NCBI GenBank assembly: GCA_050253415.1
Contig: JBFWJC010000004.1
Span: 256,001-320,000, forward strand
Reading direction: 5' to 3'
From: Pedobacter sp.
Lineage (GTDB): Bacteria; Desulfobacterota; Desulfuromonadia; Desulfuromonadales; Syntrophotaleaceae
Length of the DNA: 64,000 nt
Below the pieces are notes generated by a model, which was not told the origin of the DNA, did not search any database, and saw only the letters and a program-made list of their open reading frames with translations. Positions 27,307 to 36,843 of this stretch are shown piece after piece; the stretch's first letter is position 1; the number at the start of each line of letters is the position of its first letter. A program made the translations under genes and the position numbers.

Positions 27307-28137
27307 ATGTGCCAGTTACTCGGCATGAACTGCAACGTACCGACCGATATCTGTTTTTCCTTCACCGGTTTCCGGAAGCGCGGCGGTGCGACCGATGTGC
27401 ATTCGGACGGCTGGGGGATCGGTTTCTTCGAAGGCAAAGGGGTACGGCTGTTTGTCGATCCGCAAGCGTCGGCCGAATCGACCATCGCCGAACTGGTGCG
27501 CAGCTACCCCATCCACTCCCTGAATGTTGTTGCGCATATCCGCAAGGCCACCCAGGGAGTGACCAGCCTGGAAAACACCCATCCCTTCATGCGCGAGCTG
27601 TGGGGCCGCTACTGGCTGTTTGCCCACAACGGCAACCTGCCGCAATTTCAGCCGCAGCTGGACGGCAGTTTCGTACCGGTGGGCAATACCGACAGTGAAC
27701 GGATTTTCTGCTGGCTGCTACAGAGCCTGCGCCAGCGTTTCGGAACCACGGCGCCGCAGCGACGGGAGCTTTTCGGCGCCATTGGCGAACTGACCCTGCC
27801 GCTGGCCGGCATGGGAATCTTCAACTACCTGCTATCCAACGGCGACAGCCTGGTGGCGCACTGCTCCACCGAATTGAGCTATATCATCCGCTGCGCACCG
27901 TTTGCCGAAGCGCATCTCAAGGATGAGGATATCAATATCGATTTCAGCCAGGTGACGAACCCCGAAGACAGGGTGGCGGTCATCGCGACCCTGCCCCTGA
28001 CCGACAACGAACCCTGGGTCAACATGCGCCCGGGCACCCTGTGGATGTTCCACGACGGACAGGTCATCGCCCAACAGGACACGATCCCCAGCCCGGTCAA
28101 GTCGCTGGCCGAATCCCTCGATGCGGCGTTGCAATGA
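27307..28137 (+). CDS. yafJ: Class II glutamine amidotransferase, YafJ family
   Basis: MCQLLGM N-terminal Cys, DGWG, AHIRKAT, NTHPF, HNG, TDSE. Confidence 0.9.
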   Translation: MCQLLGMNCNVPTDICFSFTGFRKRGGATDVHSDGWGIGFFEGKGVRLFVDPQASAESTIAELVRSYPIHSLNVVAHIRKATQGVTSLENTHPFMRELWGRYWLFAHNGNLPQFQPQLDGSFVPVGNTDSERIFCWLLQSLRQRFGTTAPQRRELFGAIGELTLPLAGMGIFNYLLSNGDSLVAHCSTELSYIIRCAPFAEAHLKDEDINIDFSQVTNPEDRVAVIATLPLTDNEPWVNMRPGTLWMFHDGQVIAQQDTIPSPVKSLAESLDAALQ

Positions 28138-28139
28138 GA

Positions 28140-28860
28140 TTGCAAAGGCGTTTATTAAATCCAGCAGCACCGGTCCCGGCGACGGCTGTGCTGCGAGCTG
28201 TGCGCTCCACCTCCGCCGGCAAATGAAGCCAGACGAAGACGCGCCGTTTGTCCTTTTTCGACAAGGAGCGTCGGGGCAAGCTTCTTCGCGGCAGACATAA
28301 CGGCGAAGCCAGACCTTACGTCCTTTCTTTGCTTACTTTCTTTAGACGGGTAAAGAAAGTAAGCCGGCTGCCGGCCGGGACCGGCGAACTTGATGTTAAG
28401 GTTTCGAAACTTTCAAACACCATCAAGACCGCGGGGTCGCGCCCCTTTCCTGGCCCGCCTACGGCGGGGTCCCTGCGCTGCGCAACCGCCGGGCGGGCAG
28501 GAAGAGATTCGCTGCGCTCAGTCTTCCGCCTATTTCGCCCGCCGGCCGCTCCACTCCGGCTGCGTCACAGGGGATAAACGGCAAGAGCAAAAATAATCGC
28601 AAAAGCGTTTAAAAAAAACTAGCAGCGCCGGTTCCAGCAACAGCTGCGCGGCGAGCTGTGCGCTCCACCTTCGCTGGCAAATGAAGCCCAACGCAGACGC
28701 GCCGCCTGTTCTTTCTCGGTAAGGTGCGTCTAGCCAAGCTCCTTCGTGACAGACATAATGGCGAAGCCAGACCCTGCGTCCTTTCTTTGCTTACTTTCTT
28801 TAGACGGGTAAAGAAAGTAAGCCGGCTGCCGGCCGGGACCGGCGAACTTGATGTTAAAAC
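28140..28860 (-). repeat. Modular repeat array (A, deleted B, A), inverted
   Basis: Reverse complement of the repeat modules. Confidence 0.9.
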
Positions 28861-29038
28861 TTTTTGCACCAGGCTCGAACTTCAATACAGCAAATTCACA
28901 GTGGATAATCGTTGTAGCCGTTTACAAAACCTTGCGGCACCCAACAAATCTGTTGCAAATCAAACGTATATGCTTCATATACAGATGCTTTTCTTCAACA
29001 CCGTCCCGATCTGCGGCACGTCCGCATAAGGCAAATTT

Positions 29039-29491
29039 ATGAAACTGGAAATTGGCTGGCGCGAATGGCTGGCACTGCCCGAGCTGGGGATACCCGCCAT
29101 CAAGGCCAAGGTCGATACCGGCGCACGCACCTCAGCCCTGCACGCATTTTTTATCGAACCGTTCGAAAGAGACGGGAAGGAGCATGTCCGCTTCGGGCTG
29201 CACCCCCTACAACGCCGCACCGACATCGAGAAGATTTGCGAGGCGCCGGTCAAGGATCGCAGGATTGTAACCGACAGCGGCGGACACCGGGAATCGCGTT
29301 ATATTATCGAAACCATGGTTTGCTTCAGGGAGTATCACTGGCCGATTGAAATCACCCTGACAAATCGCGAAACCATGTTGTTTCGCATGTTGTTGGGGAG
29401 ATCGGCCATGGCCGGACGATTCTATGTCGACCCGGCCGCGTCTTATCTGGGGGGCCGTCACCATGGCAAAATCTACACGCAGGAAGGTTGA
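29039..29491 (+). CDS. RimK-associated retropepsin-like protease ('ATP-dependent Zn protease' family)
   Basis: [26 protein letters not shown]. Confidence 0.9.
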   Translation: MKLEIGWREWLALPELGIPAIKAKVDTGARTSALHAFFIEPFERDGKEHVRFGLHPLQRRTDIEKICEAPVKDRRIVTDSGGHRESRYIIETMVCFREYHWPIEITLTNRETMLFRMLLGRSAMAGRFYVDPAASYLGGRHHGKIYTQEG

Positions 29492-29493
29492 CA

Positions 29494-30399
29494 ATGAAAA
29501 TCGGAATTTTATCGCGGAACCCTGAGCTGTACTCAACCCGAAAGCTGTATGAAGCCGCCGTCATCCGTGGTCACCAGGCCCGGGTTATCGACCCGCTGCT
29601 CTGCTATATGACCATCGCCTCCGAGCGCCCGACCATTCACTACAAGGGCGACGAATTGACCGGCTTTGATGCCATCATCCCCCGCATCGGCGCCTCCATC
29701 ACCTTTTACGGAACGGCAGTAGTGCGGCAGTTTGAAATGATGAAGGTCTACAGTGTCAACGAATCGGTGGCTATCAGCCGCTCCCGGGACAAACTGCGCA
29801 GTCTGCAGCTGTTGTCCCGCAAGGGGATCGGCCTGCCGGTTACCGGATTTGCCCATTCGACCAAATATACCCAGGATTTGATTTCCCGGGTAGGCGGCGC
29901 GCCGCTGGTGGTCAAATTGCTGGAAGGCACACAGGGAATCGGGGTGGTTCTGGCCGAGACGCAAAAAGCGGCCGAAAGCGTTATCGAAGCATTCAAGGGC
30001 TTGAAAGAGCAGATCCTGGTGCAGGAATTCATCCATGAAGCCGGTGCCGCCGACATACGTTGCCTGGTGGTGGGCGATAAAGTCGTGGCGGCCATGAAAC
30101 GCCAGGGCGCCGAAGGCGAATTCCGCTCCAACATTCATCGCGGCGGAAAAGCATCGATCATCCGCCTCTCCCCGGAAGAGCGGGCCACCGCCGTGCGCTC
30201 GGCCCGTATCATGGGACTTAACGTGGCCGGGGTCGATATCCTGCAGTCTCACCGTGGCCCGATCGTCATGGAGGTCAACTCGTCGCCGGGTCTGGAAGGG
30301 ATCGAAACAGCCACGGGCCTGGATGTTGCCGACAAGATCATCCAGTTTATCGAAAAGCATACCAAACCGGGCAAGACCAAAACCCGTGGCAAAGGTTGA
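29494..30399 (+). CDS. rimK: RimK alpha-L-glutamate ligase
   Basis: [48 protein letters not shown]. Confidence 0.95.
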   Translation: MKIGILSRNPELYSTRKLYEAAVIRGHQARVIDPLLCYMTIASERPTIHYKGDELTGFDAIIPRIGASITFYGTAVVRQFEMMKVYSVNESVAISRSRDKLRSLQLLSRKGIGLPVTGFAHSTKYTQDLISRVGGAPLVVKLLEGTQGIGVVLAETQKAAESVIEAFKGLKEQILVQEFIHEAGAADIRCLVVGDKVVAAMKRQGAEGEFRSNIHRGGKASIIRLSPEERATAVRSARIMGLNVAGVDILQSHRGPIVMEVNSSPGLEGIETATGLDVADKIIQFIEKHTKPGKTKTRGKG

Positions 30400-30400
30400 C

Positions 30401-31429
30401 ATGCAGGAGCCTCTCGCTATCGGGGATACGATCATTCAGGCAGGGCAACGCACTACGGTTGCCCTGCCGATGGCCAAACTCTACACCCACACCGATATGA
30501 CCCTCACGGCCCACGTGATTCATGGGCGCAAACCGGGGCCGCGACTGTTTATCTGCTCCACCTTGCATGGCGATGAAATCAACGGCATCGAAATTGTCCG
30601 TCAGGTGCTCAAACGCAAAGATATCAACAACCTGCATGGCACCCTGATCGCTATTCCGGTGGTCAACAGTTTCGGATTCATCCAGCGCAGCCGTTACCTC
30701 CCCGACCACCGTGATTTGAACCGCTCCTTCCCCGGCTCGGAAAAGGGGTCGCTTGGTTCGAGGCTGGCGGCGCTGTTCCTAAAAGAAATTGTCGCAGGCT
30801 GTACCCACGGCATCGATCTGCACACAGGGTCGAATCATCGGTTTAACCTGCCCCAGGTTCGCGCCTGCCTGGATGATCCGGAAACCGAGCGCCTGGCGCA
30901 TGCCTTCGGTGCGCCGGTGGTTATCAATTCCCATGTACGCGACGGTTCGCTACGGGCGGCCATGGCCGACATGGGAATCACCGTGCTGCTGTACGAATCG
31001 GGGGAAGCCTTCCGCTTCGACGATCTGTCGATCCGCACCGGCGTCAAAGGGATCGTCTCGGTGATGCGCGCTATCGGCATGCTCCCACCGAAGACGGCGA
31101 CACCTACCCAAGCGATCTTCAAGGCCCATTCCTCCAAATGGGTGCGCGCGCCGATCAGCGGCATGCTCACAAAATCGGTGAAGACGGGGAAAATGGTCGC
31201 CAAAGGGGATATCCTGGGCAATGTATGTGATCCCTTCGGGGAAAACGAGAGGACCGTGTGCGCGCCGCTTTCAGGCCTGGTTATCGGCCGACTCAACATG
31301 CCGCTGGTCTACCAGGGCGATGCCCTTTTTCATTTAGCCACCCGGGAAGAAGAAGCGGACGCCGCTCAAAATCAGGAAGAAGTGGTTTCACCCCTGGGAC
31401 AGGAAGATTTCTGGCCGGCACACAGATGA
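30401..31429 (+). CDS. Succinylglutamate desuccinylase/aspartoacylase (M14) family protein
   Basis: HGDEING, DLNRSFPG, IDLHTG. Confidence 0.92.
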   Translation: MQEPLAIGDTIIQAGQRTTVALPMAKLYTHTDMTLTAHVIHGRKPGPRLFICSTLHGDEINGIEIVRQVLKRKDINNLHGTLIAIPVVNSFGFIQRSRYLPDHRDLNRSFPGSEKGSLGSRLAALFLKEIVAGCTHGIDLHTGSNHRFNLPQVRACLDDPETERLAHAFGAPVVINSHVRDGSLRAAMADMGITVLLYESGEAFRFDDLSIRTGVKGIVSVMRAIGMLPPKTATPTQAIFKAHSSKWVRAPISGMLTKSVKTGKMVAKGDILGNVCDPFGENERTVCAPLSGLVIGRLNMPLVYQGDALFHLATREEEADAAQNQEEVVSPLGQEDFWPAHR

Positions 31430-31442
31430 TAAGGACAACTCC

Positions 31443-31607
31443 ATGATCACGAAAGTAACAACAATGCTTTCCGTCTCTCTCGGCGGATCGGCAGGTTGGT
31501 GGCTCGGTGCAAAAGTCGGCTTCATGACCGGCTATTTTCTTGCCGTATTCGGAGCCTCCGCAGGTCTCTACCTGGGCCGACAATTCGGACGCAACTTCCT
31601 GGACTGA
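31443..31607 (+). CDS. Small Gly-rich two-TM protein, 54 aa (not in ORF track)
   Basis: AAGGA RBS; MITKVTTMLSVSLGGSAGWWLGAKVGFMTGYFLAVFGASAGLYLGRQFGRNFLD*. Confidence 0.65.
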   Translation: MITKVTTMLSVSLGGSAGWWLGAKVGFMTGYFLAVFGASAGLYLGRQFGRNFLD

Positions 31608-31809
31608 TCTTGACTTGCGGTCTCCGGTGAAAAATTCCTGAAAAAACCATCGTCTATTCTTTTTATTCTTTTTGCGTTACCATCCGCGCCATTTCGTTTT
31701 GGTTGACGGTATCGTCTTCCTTTTTTCCTCTATATCTCCGCCGACACCTGGACTCAATTAAGCCCTCGCTGCCGACGGACATTTTCAACCTTAATCTCGG
31801 GGGTTGGCT

Positions 31810-33480
31810 ATGTCCACTTCGTCGCTTGTACCCAAGCTCGTCACCGTTTTGCGGGAGGGCTATTCCCGCCACCAGTTTGCCAACGACCTGCTCGCCGGCC
31901 TGATCGTCGGAGTCGTGGCTTTGCCGCTGGCCATCGCCTTTGCCATCGCTTCGGGGGTCAAACCCGAACAAGGTTTGTATACCGCGGTGGTGGCCGGGTT
32001 TATCATCTCGTTGCTGTCGGGAAGCCGTGTGCAGATCGGTGGCCCCACCGGCGCATTTGTGGTGTTGATCTTCGGCATCATGGCCAAGTATGGTTACCAG
32101 GGATTAGCCGTGGCCACCATCATGGCCGGTATCATGCTGGTGCTGATGGGCATTGCCGGCATGGGGACCATTATCAAATACGTGCCCTACCCTGTGACGG
32201 TGGGCTTTACCGCCGGTATCGCCCTGATTATTCTGGCGGGCCAGGGGCGCGATTTTTTTGGGCTGCACATGGACACGGTGCCGTCCGAATTCATCCCTAA
32301 GCTGATGGCCTACGGAAGCCACTTGTCCTCGGTCAATCTCTGGGCTACCGGCCTTGGCGTCTTTACCATCGCAATTATCCTGCTGTGGCCACGGGTCACG
32401 CGACGCCTGCCTGGTTCGCTCATCGCCATCCTGCTGACGACGGCACTGGTGCAATACTTCAACCTGCCCGTCGAGACCATCGGCAGCCGCTTCGGGGCTG
32501 TCCCCAATAGCCTGCCGGCGCCTCACCTGCCGGCGTTTTCCCTGGCCCAGGTGCGGGAAATGTTCTTCCCGGCGCTGTCGATCGCGCTGTTGGGTGGCAT
32601 CGAATCTCTGTTATCGGCGGTAGTGGCCGACGGCATGACCGAACGCCGCCATCGTTCCAACATGGAACTGGTAGCCCAGGGGGTGGCCAATATCCTCTCG
32701 CCGATTTTCGGCGGCATCCCCGCCACCGGCGCGATCGCCCGCACCGCTACCAACATCAAAAACGGCGGTCGCACACCCGTCGCCGGGCTGATTCATGCTG
32801 CGACCTTGTTGCTGATTTTGATCTTTTTCGGTAAATGGGCCGCCCTCATCCCCATGGCCACCCTGGCCGGGATCCTGGTGGTGGTGGCCTGCCACATGGG
32901 CGAATGGCAACTGTTCGCACGCCTGATGCGCTGCCCGCGCGGCGACGTGGCGGTGCTGCTGTCGACCTTTTTACTGACGCTGTTCATCGATCTGACCGTG
33001 GCGATCCAGGTCGGCATGTTGTTGGCGATGGTATTGTTCATGCGCCGCATGGCCGAAACGACCCACGTTGAAAAAATGCCCGACCTGCTCAAAGAGGACG
33101 AGGAAAACATCGGCGACCCCTTGAGTATGAGTTCGCGCAAAGTCCCTGCCGGGGTGGAGGTTTACGAAGTTGCCGGGCCGTTCTTTTTCGGCGCCGCGGA
33201 CAAGTTCAAACGGGCATTGGGTACGGTGGCCGGTCGGCCAAAGGTACTGGTGTTGCGCCTGCGCCATGTCCCTATCATCGATGCCACAGGGCTCGAAGCA
33301 CTCGAAAACCTCTACAAGAAGACCTCCCGCGGCGGAACACGGCTCATTTTGTCTGGGGTATCGCCGGGAGTGCGGCACGTCATGGTCCGGTCGGGCTTCA
33401 TCCATCGCATCGGCCGCAACAATATCTGCGGGGACATCGACTCGGCTTTGGAGCGTGCCGCAAAAGGGCTTGAGGGATAA
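31810..33480 (+). CDS. SulP/SLC26 anion permease with STAS domain
   Basis: DLLAGLIVGVVALPLAIAFAIASG, GPTGAF, GPFFFGAA, IDATG. Confidence 0.95.
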   Translation: MSTSSLVPKLVTVLREGYSRHQFANDLLAGLIVGVVALPLAIAFAIASGVKPEQGLYTAVVAGFIISLLSGSRVQIGGPTGAFVVLIFGIMAKYGYQGLAVATIMAGIMLVLMGIAGMGTIIKYVPYPVTVGFTAGIALIILAGQGRDFFGLHMDTVPSEFIPKLMAYGSHLSSVNLWATGLGVFTIAIILLWPRVTRRLPGSLIAILLTTALVQYFNLPVETIGSRFGAVPNSLPAPHLPAFSLAQVREMFFPALSIALLGGIESLLSAVVADGMTERRHRSNMELVAQGVANILSPIFGGIPATGAIARTATNIKNGGRTPVAGLIHAATLLLILIFFGKWAALIPMATLAGILVVVACHMGEWQLFARLMRCPRGDVAVLLSTFLLTLFIDLTVAIQVGMLLAMVLFMRRMAETTHVEKMPDLLKEDEENIGDPLSMSSRKVPAGVEVYEVAGPFFFGAADKFKRALGTVAGRPKVLVLRLRHVPIIDATGLEALENLYKKTSRGGTRLILSGVSPGVRHVMVRSGFIHRIGRNNICGDIDSALERAAKGLEG

Positions 33481-33637
33481 GCGCCCCGTCAGCCGCTTGA
33501 AAAAATCCAAACTAAGAGCCTCTGAAAAACGAACTTTTGCAGGCCATTAAAAATTGCTTTTAAACTGTTTCAATTAATGTTAGTTAGATGGGCATGTCTG
33601 TTATTTCAACCCTCATGGGAAAGGAGAATTTTGCATT

Positions 33638-33967
33638 ATGAAATATGTGACCATGTCCTTGTCTATCGTGTTTTTAGCCCTCATGACGGCAACGGTATTC
33701 GCCGGAAGCATGCCGGACTACAAATGCGCCGAGCAGAACACACGCTGTGAAAAAGCTTGCGATGAAATGGCGGAAGGATCCAAAAACGCCAACGCTTATC
33801 AGCGTTGTCTGGATCGCTGCCAGGAAGCTAATCAGAGATGCGAAGAGCGCCAGTCCAAGACCACCGGTTGTGCCGAAGCCTTCATGGACTGCACCAAAGA
33901 GGCGGCCGGCAATGAGGAAGCTCAGGAAGGCTGCCGTGAAGCGTACCGACTCTGCAAAGACAACTGA
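33638..33967 (+). CDS. Exported Cys-rich helical protein
   Basis: AAGGAG RBS; signal peptide; 10 Cys in CX6C/CX3C spacing. Confidence 0.75.
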   Translation: MKYVTMSLSIVFLALMTATVFAGSMPDYKCAEQNTRCEKACDEMAEGSKNANAYQRCLDRCQEANQRCEERQSKTTGCAEAFMDCTKEAAGNEEAQEGCREAYRLCKDN

Positions 33968-33986
33968 TTTTTCGGTTCAAAATTAA

Positions 33987-34021
33987 TAACGGCAGGTCCT
34001 CACACGGGATCTGCCGTTTAT
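33987..34021 (+). terminator. Putative intrinsic terminator
   Basis: aacggcaggtcc..ggatctgccgttt. Confidence 0.5.
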
Positions 34022-34065
34022 CGTTGCACCCATCCCGTCGTTCAACAAAACAGGGAGATTCCTCC

Positions 34066-34485
34066 ATGAAATCCTGGGTTACCACAGCAATCATGGCCAC
34101 CCTTCTGGCATGCACCGCATGCGCTTCATCCAACAACGGGCCCGCACAAGAAACCGCGACGCCACTCTTTCAGCGGCCCCCCCAATACCAGGGCGGAACA
34201 TTTACCGAAGGAGACTGGAGCTATGTGCTAACCATCCGCAACCCCGGCAGCCGCAGCGAAGGCTCGGAAGGCCGGTTATATTATCAAGGCAGGGAGATTC
34301 CGAGACCCGTGCAATTATCTGATTTTTACGATACGCCGCTGGGAATATTCCGCCATACGGGAGTCGAGGCGGGACAGGAACAGCTTCCGTGGGATACGAC
34401 CGGATGGATGCGGCAAAGCGAGGATTCCCCGGCCACAGAAGGCAAGGCCTTACCCTGGCCGCACCCCTTACAGACGGAAAGGTAG
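34066..34485 (+). CDS. Hypothetical lipoprotein
   Basis: GGGAG RBS; lipobox-like LLACTAC. Confidence 0.65.
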   Translation: MKSWVTTAIMATLLACTACASSNNGPAQETATPLFQRPPQYQGGTFTEGDWSYVLTIRNPGSRSEGSEGRLYYQGREIPRPVQLSDFYDTPLGIFRHTGVEAGQEQLPWDTTGWMRQSEDSPATEGKALPWPHPLQTER

Positions 34486-34494
34486 GGGATTGCT

Positions 34495-34818
34495 ATGAAG
34501 GACAAAGCTCCTTTGGTCCCTGCCGAACGCTTAGCGACCTTGCGCCAACAGATCATGGACCTGCTGCAGCAACATCCCATGACGGCCAAAGACCTATCCA
34601 TGGCCATCGGCATCGGGGAAAAACAGATTTATCCCCACCTTGAACATATTCAACAGAGCCTGCGCCAGCAAAACCGATCATTGCAGGTCACACCCTCTAT
34701 CTGCAAACAGTGTGGATTCGCATTCAAAAAACGCGAGCGCTATAAAAAACCGGGCAAATGCCCGGTATGTCGTGGCGAAGCTATTGAAGAACCGGTATTT
34801 TTCCTTCCCACCGATTGA
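34495..34818 (+). CDS. HTH plus Zn-ribbon transcriptional regulator
   Basis: MTAKDLSMAIGIGEKQIYPHLEHI, CKQCGF..KPGKCPVC. Confidence 0.85.
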   Translation: MKDKAPLVPAERLATLRQQIMDLLQQHPMTAKDLSMAIGIGEKQIYPHLEHIQQSLRQQNRSLQVTPSICKQCGFAFKKRERYKKPGKCPVCRGEAIEEPVFFLPTD

Positions 34819-34875
34819 ATATCCCCCGCTTTCCTTGCCATACTCCACAAACACGGAATAAACCTGCTGGAGCTC

Positions 34876-35097
34876 TTATCGTAGCGGATCGAACAGATAT
34901 TCCAGGCCGTTAACTTTGATCTCGTGCACCGCCTGCAACATGCGCCCCAGTTTGCCCGGCGGGAACCCCTGACCGGCAAACCACACCACATACGGTTCGG
35001 GCAGGTCGATAAGGCGACTGCCCTTGTATTTACCGAACGGCATGCGCATCTCGGCCAGTTCCAGAAGATGGGATGAATCGAAAACAACGGTTTCCAT
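34876..35097 (-). CDS. DUF3820-family protein
   Basis: MPFGKYKG..DLPEPYVVWF..GFPPGKLG..EIKVNGL. Confidence 0.85.
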   Translation of the reverse strand: METVVFDSSHLLELAEMRMPFGKYKGSRLIDLPEPYVVWFAGQGFPPGKLGRMLQAVHEIKVNGLEYLFDPLR

Positions 35098-35104
35098 GGG
35101 CGGT

Positions 35105-36082
35105 TTACTCCAATTCCGCAAGCAAGGCGTTAAACAATTGCATATTGCGACATTTTTTAAGTTTTTCAATGGTTTTTATAAACGCGGGTTCATCGATCAA
35201 CTTGAGTATCTCGCGAAGCTTCCCCAGCACCTGGGTATCACCGCAAAACAGCTCGGTGTAACGGCCCGACACCTCGGTCAAATAACGCCGCAGCATACCG
35301 ACCCGCTGCCGCCGGTTCGGCTGAGCGGGCGCTTTGCGCCGCAACCGCTCAAACAACAACGGATCGGCAATGGCACCGCGTCCCAACATCAAGCCGGCAA
35401 TGCCGCCCTGATCGAGTAACCGCCAACCATCTGCGGCCCTGCGGATATCGCCGTTGGCAATAACCGGCAAGCAGGTCCGCTCGGCTACCGCAGCCGTAAT
35501 GGCGTGATCGGCGTGCCCACCATAGCCCTGCACCACGGTGCGGGGATGCAGGATAAAAAAGTCGACACCGGCATCCTCCAGCATGGGCAGCAGAGAAAAA
35601 ATCTGGGAGGGATCATCGTAACCGGCCCGCAGTTTGACGGAAAAAGAGCCCTTCGCCACCTTGCGCAGGCCGGTCAGCATCGAAGCCAGACGCTCCGGCT
35701 GAGCCAACAAGTTCCCACCAACCGCCGCGCTGGTCATGCGCCCGTGGGGACAACCGAGGTTCAGGTTGATATGCCGGGCACCCGCCTGCTGGGCGGACTG
35801 GGCCGCCGTGGCCAAAGCCTGGCTGTCATGGCCGATGAGCTGTACAACCAGCGGGACGTCCTCGTCGCAACCGGTGTTCCACTGCTTCCCGGTAAAAACC
35901 GGCATGCGCCCCGGAGCCACCCGTACAAACTCGGTGAACAACACGTCGGGGCGTCCCAAACCGGCAAACACCGCCCGTAACGCCGCGTTGGTCAGCCCCT
36001 GCATGGGCGCCAGCATGAGCGGCTTTTGGCCATCGGGCCAGGGCAACCGCCTCGCTGAAAAACTTGTATCGGGAGCAGGCAT
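35105..36082 (-). CDS. tRNA-dihydrouridine synthase family protein
   Basis: LAPMQG, NLNLGCP, SVKLRAG, HPRT, ANGDI, MLGRG. Confidence 0.92.
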   Translation of the reverse strand: MPAPDTSFSARRLPWPDGQKPLMLAPMQGLTNAALRAVFAGLGRPDVLFTEFVRVAPGRMPVFTGKQWNTGCDEDVPLVVQLIGHDSQALATAAQSAQQAGARHINLNLGCPHGRMTSAAVGGNLLAQPERLASMLTGLRKVAKGSFSVKLRAGYDDPSQIFSLLPMLEDAGVDFFILHPRTVVQGYGGHADHAITAAVAERTCLPVIANGDIRRAADGWRLLDQGGIAGLMLGRGAIADPLLFERLRRKAPAQPNRRQRVGMLRRYLTEVSGRYTELFCGDTQVLGKLREILKLIDEPAFIKTIEKLKKCRNMQLFNALLAELE

Positions 36083-36431
36083 GAAACACTCACAATGAAG
36101 TAAAGACGAAAGAAGAGCGGGCCGCCAGGAAACAGCGACCTTAAAAAGGCAGGATAACTCTAAAGGGCATGGCAGTGCCAGCCCCTTTTGAGCTTCCCCC
36201 CTGTGTCAGCATAATGTCGCCTCTAACTGAACTCAAAACAACAAAACGGCCCTGCCAACGTTCCTTGCGGGCTCTATATTTTGTGACAACCATGTATCGG
36301 TATGAGAAACAACCGGGAGCGTCTACCAAACCAGGGGCGATTTAGTGTCGTTTGTTTGCCATCATGGATGCTTACGCTATAGTGATTAAGTAAGGATCAA
36401 TCATAAATTCTCAACGGAAAGGGGAAAGGAT

Positions 36432-36638
36432 ATGCTAGTACAGGATGGCGATGTATTAATCGGCAAAGCTGGCGAGTATGACGTGGAACTGACCGTAACC
36501 AAAGTCTGCAAAGGAGACGTTTGCTGGACGGAGTGCGATGCCGACCTGGTATGCAACGGTGAACCGTTGGTGCCCGTCTCATCCGGATCGCGCTTGTCCG
36601 AACGCGATCCCCAACGTATGGATCGTGTGATCAGGTAA
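36432..36638 (+). CDS. Small hypothetical protein
   Basis: Purine-rich RBS GGAAAGGA; 68 aa. Confidence 0.5.
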   Translation: MLVQDGDVLIGKAGEYDVELTVTKVCKGDVCWTECDADLVCNGEPLVPVSSGSRLSERDPQRMDRVIR

Positions 36639-36767
36639 AAGAGCGTTTTGCACCTGAGTTGCTCGAAGGACAGCCTTGATCGGTCCTGATCACCCCAGGC
36701 TAAGCCTTGGGTGATAATGCAAACTTTTGTTGAGCAACCGTTCCACCTATTACCACCCATCAGGCAC

Positions 36768-36800
36768 GAAGAGCCCGCCAAGTGAACTTGCGGGCTCTTC
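36768..36800. terminator. Hairpin downstream of nrfA
   Basis: gaagagcccgc..gcgggctcttc. Confidence 0.5.
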
Positions 36801-36843
36801 TCATATTGTGCAGTATTCGCAAAAACCTGCTACCAGGTTGATC

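Noticed and set aside
33512..33545. Possible IS terminal repeat AGAGCCTCTGAAAAAC
   Set aside because: No partner end or transposase in the window
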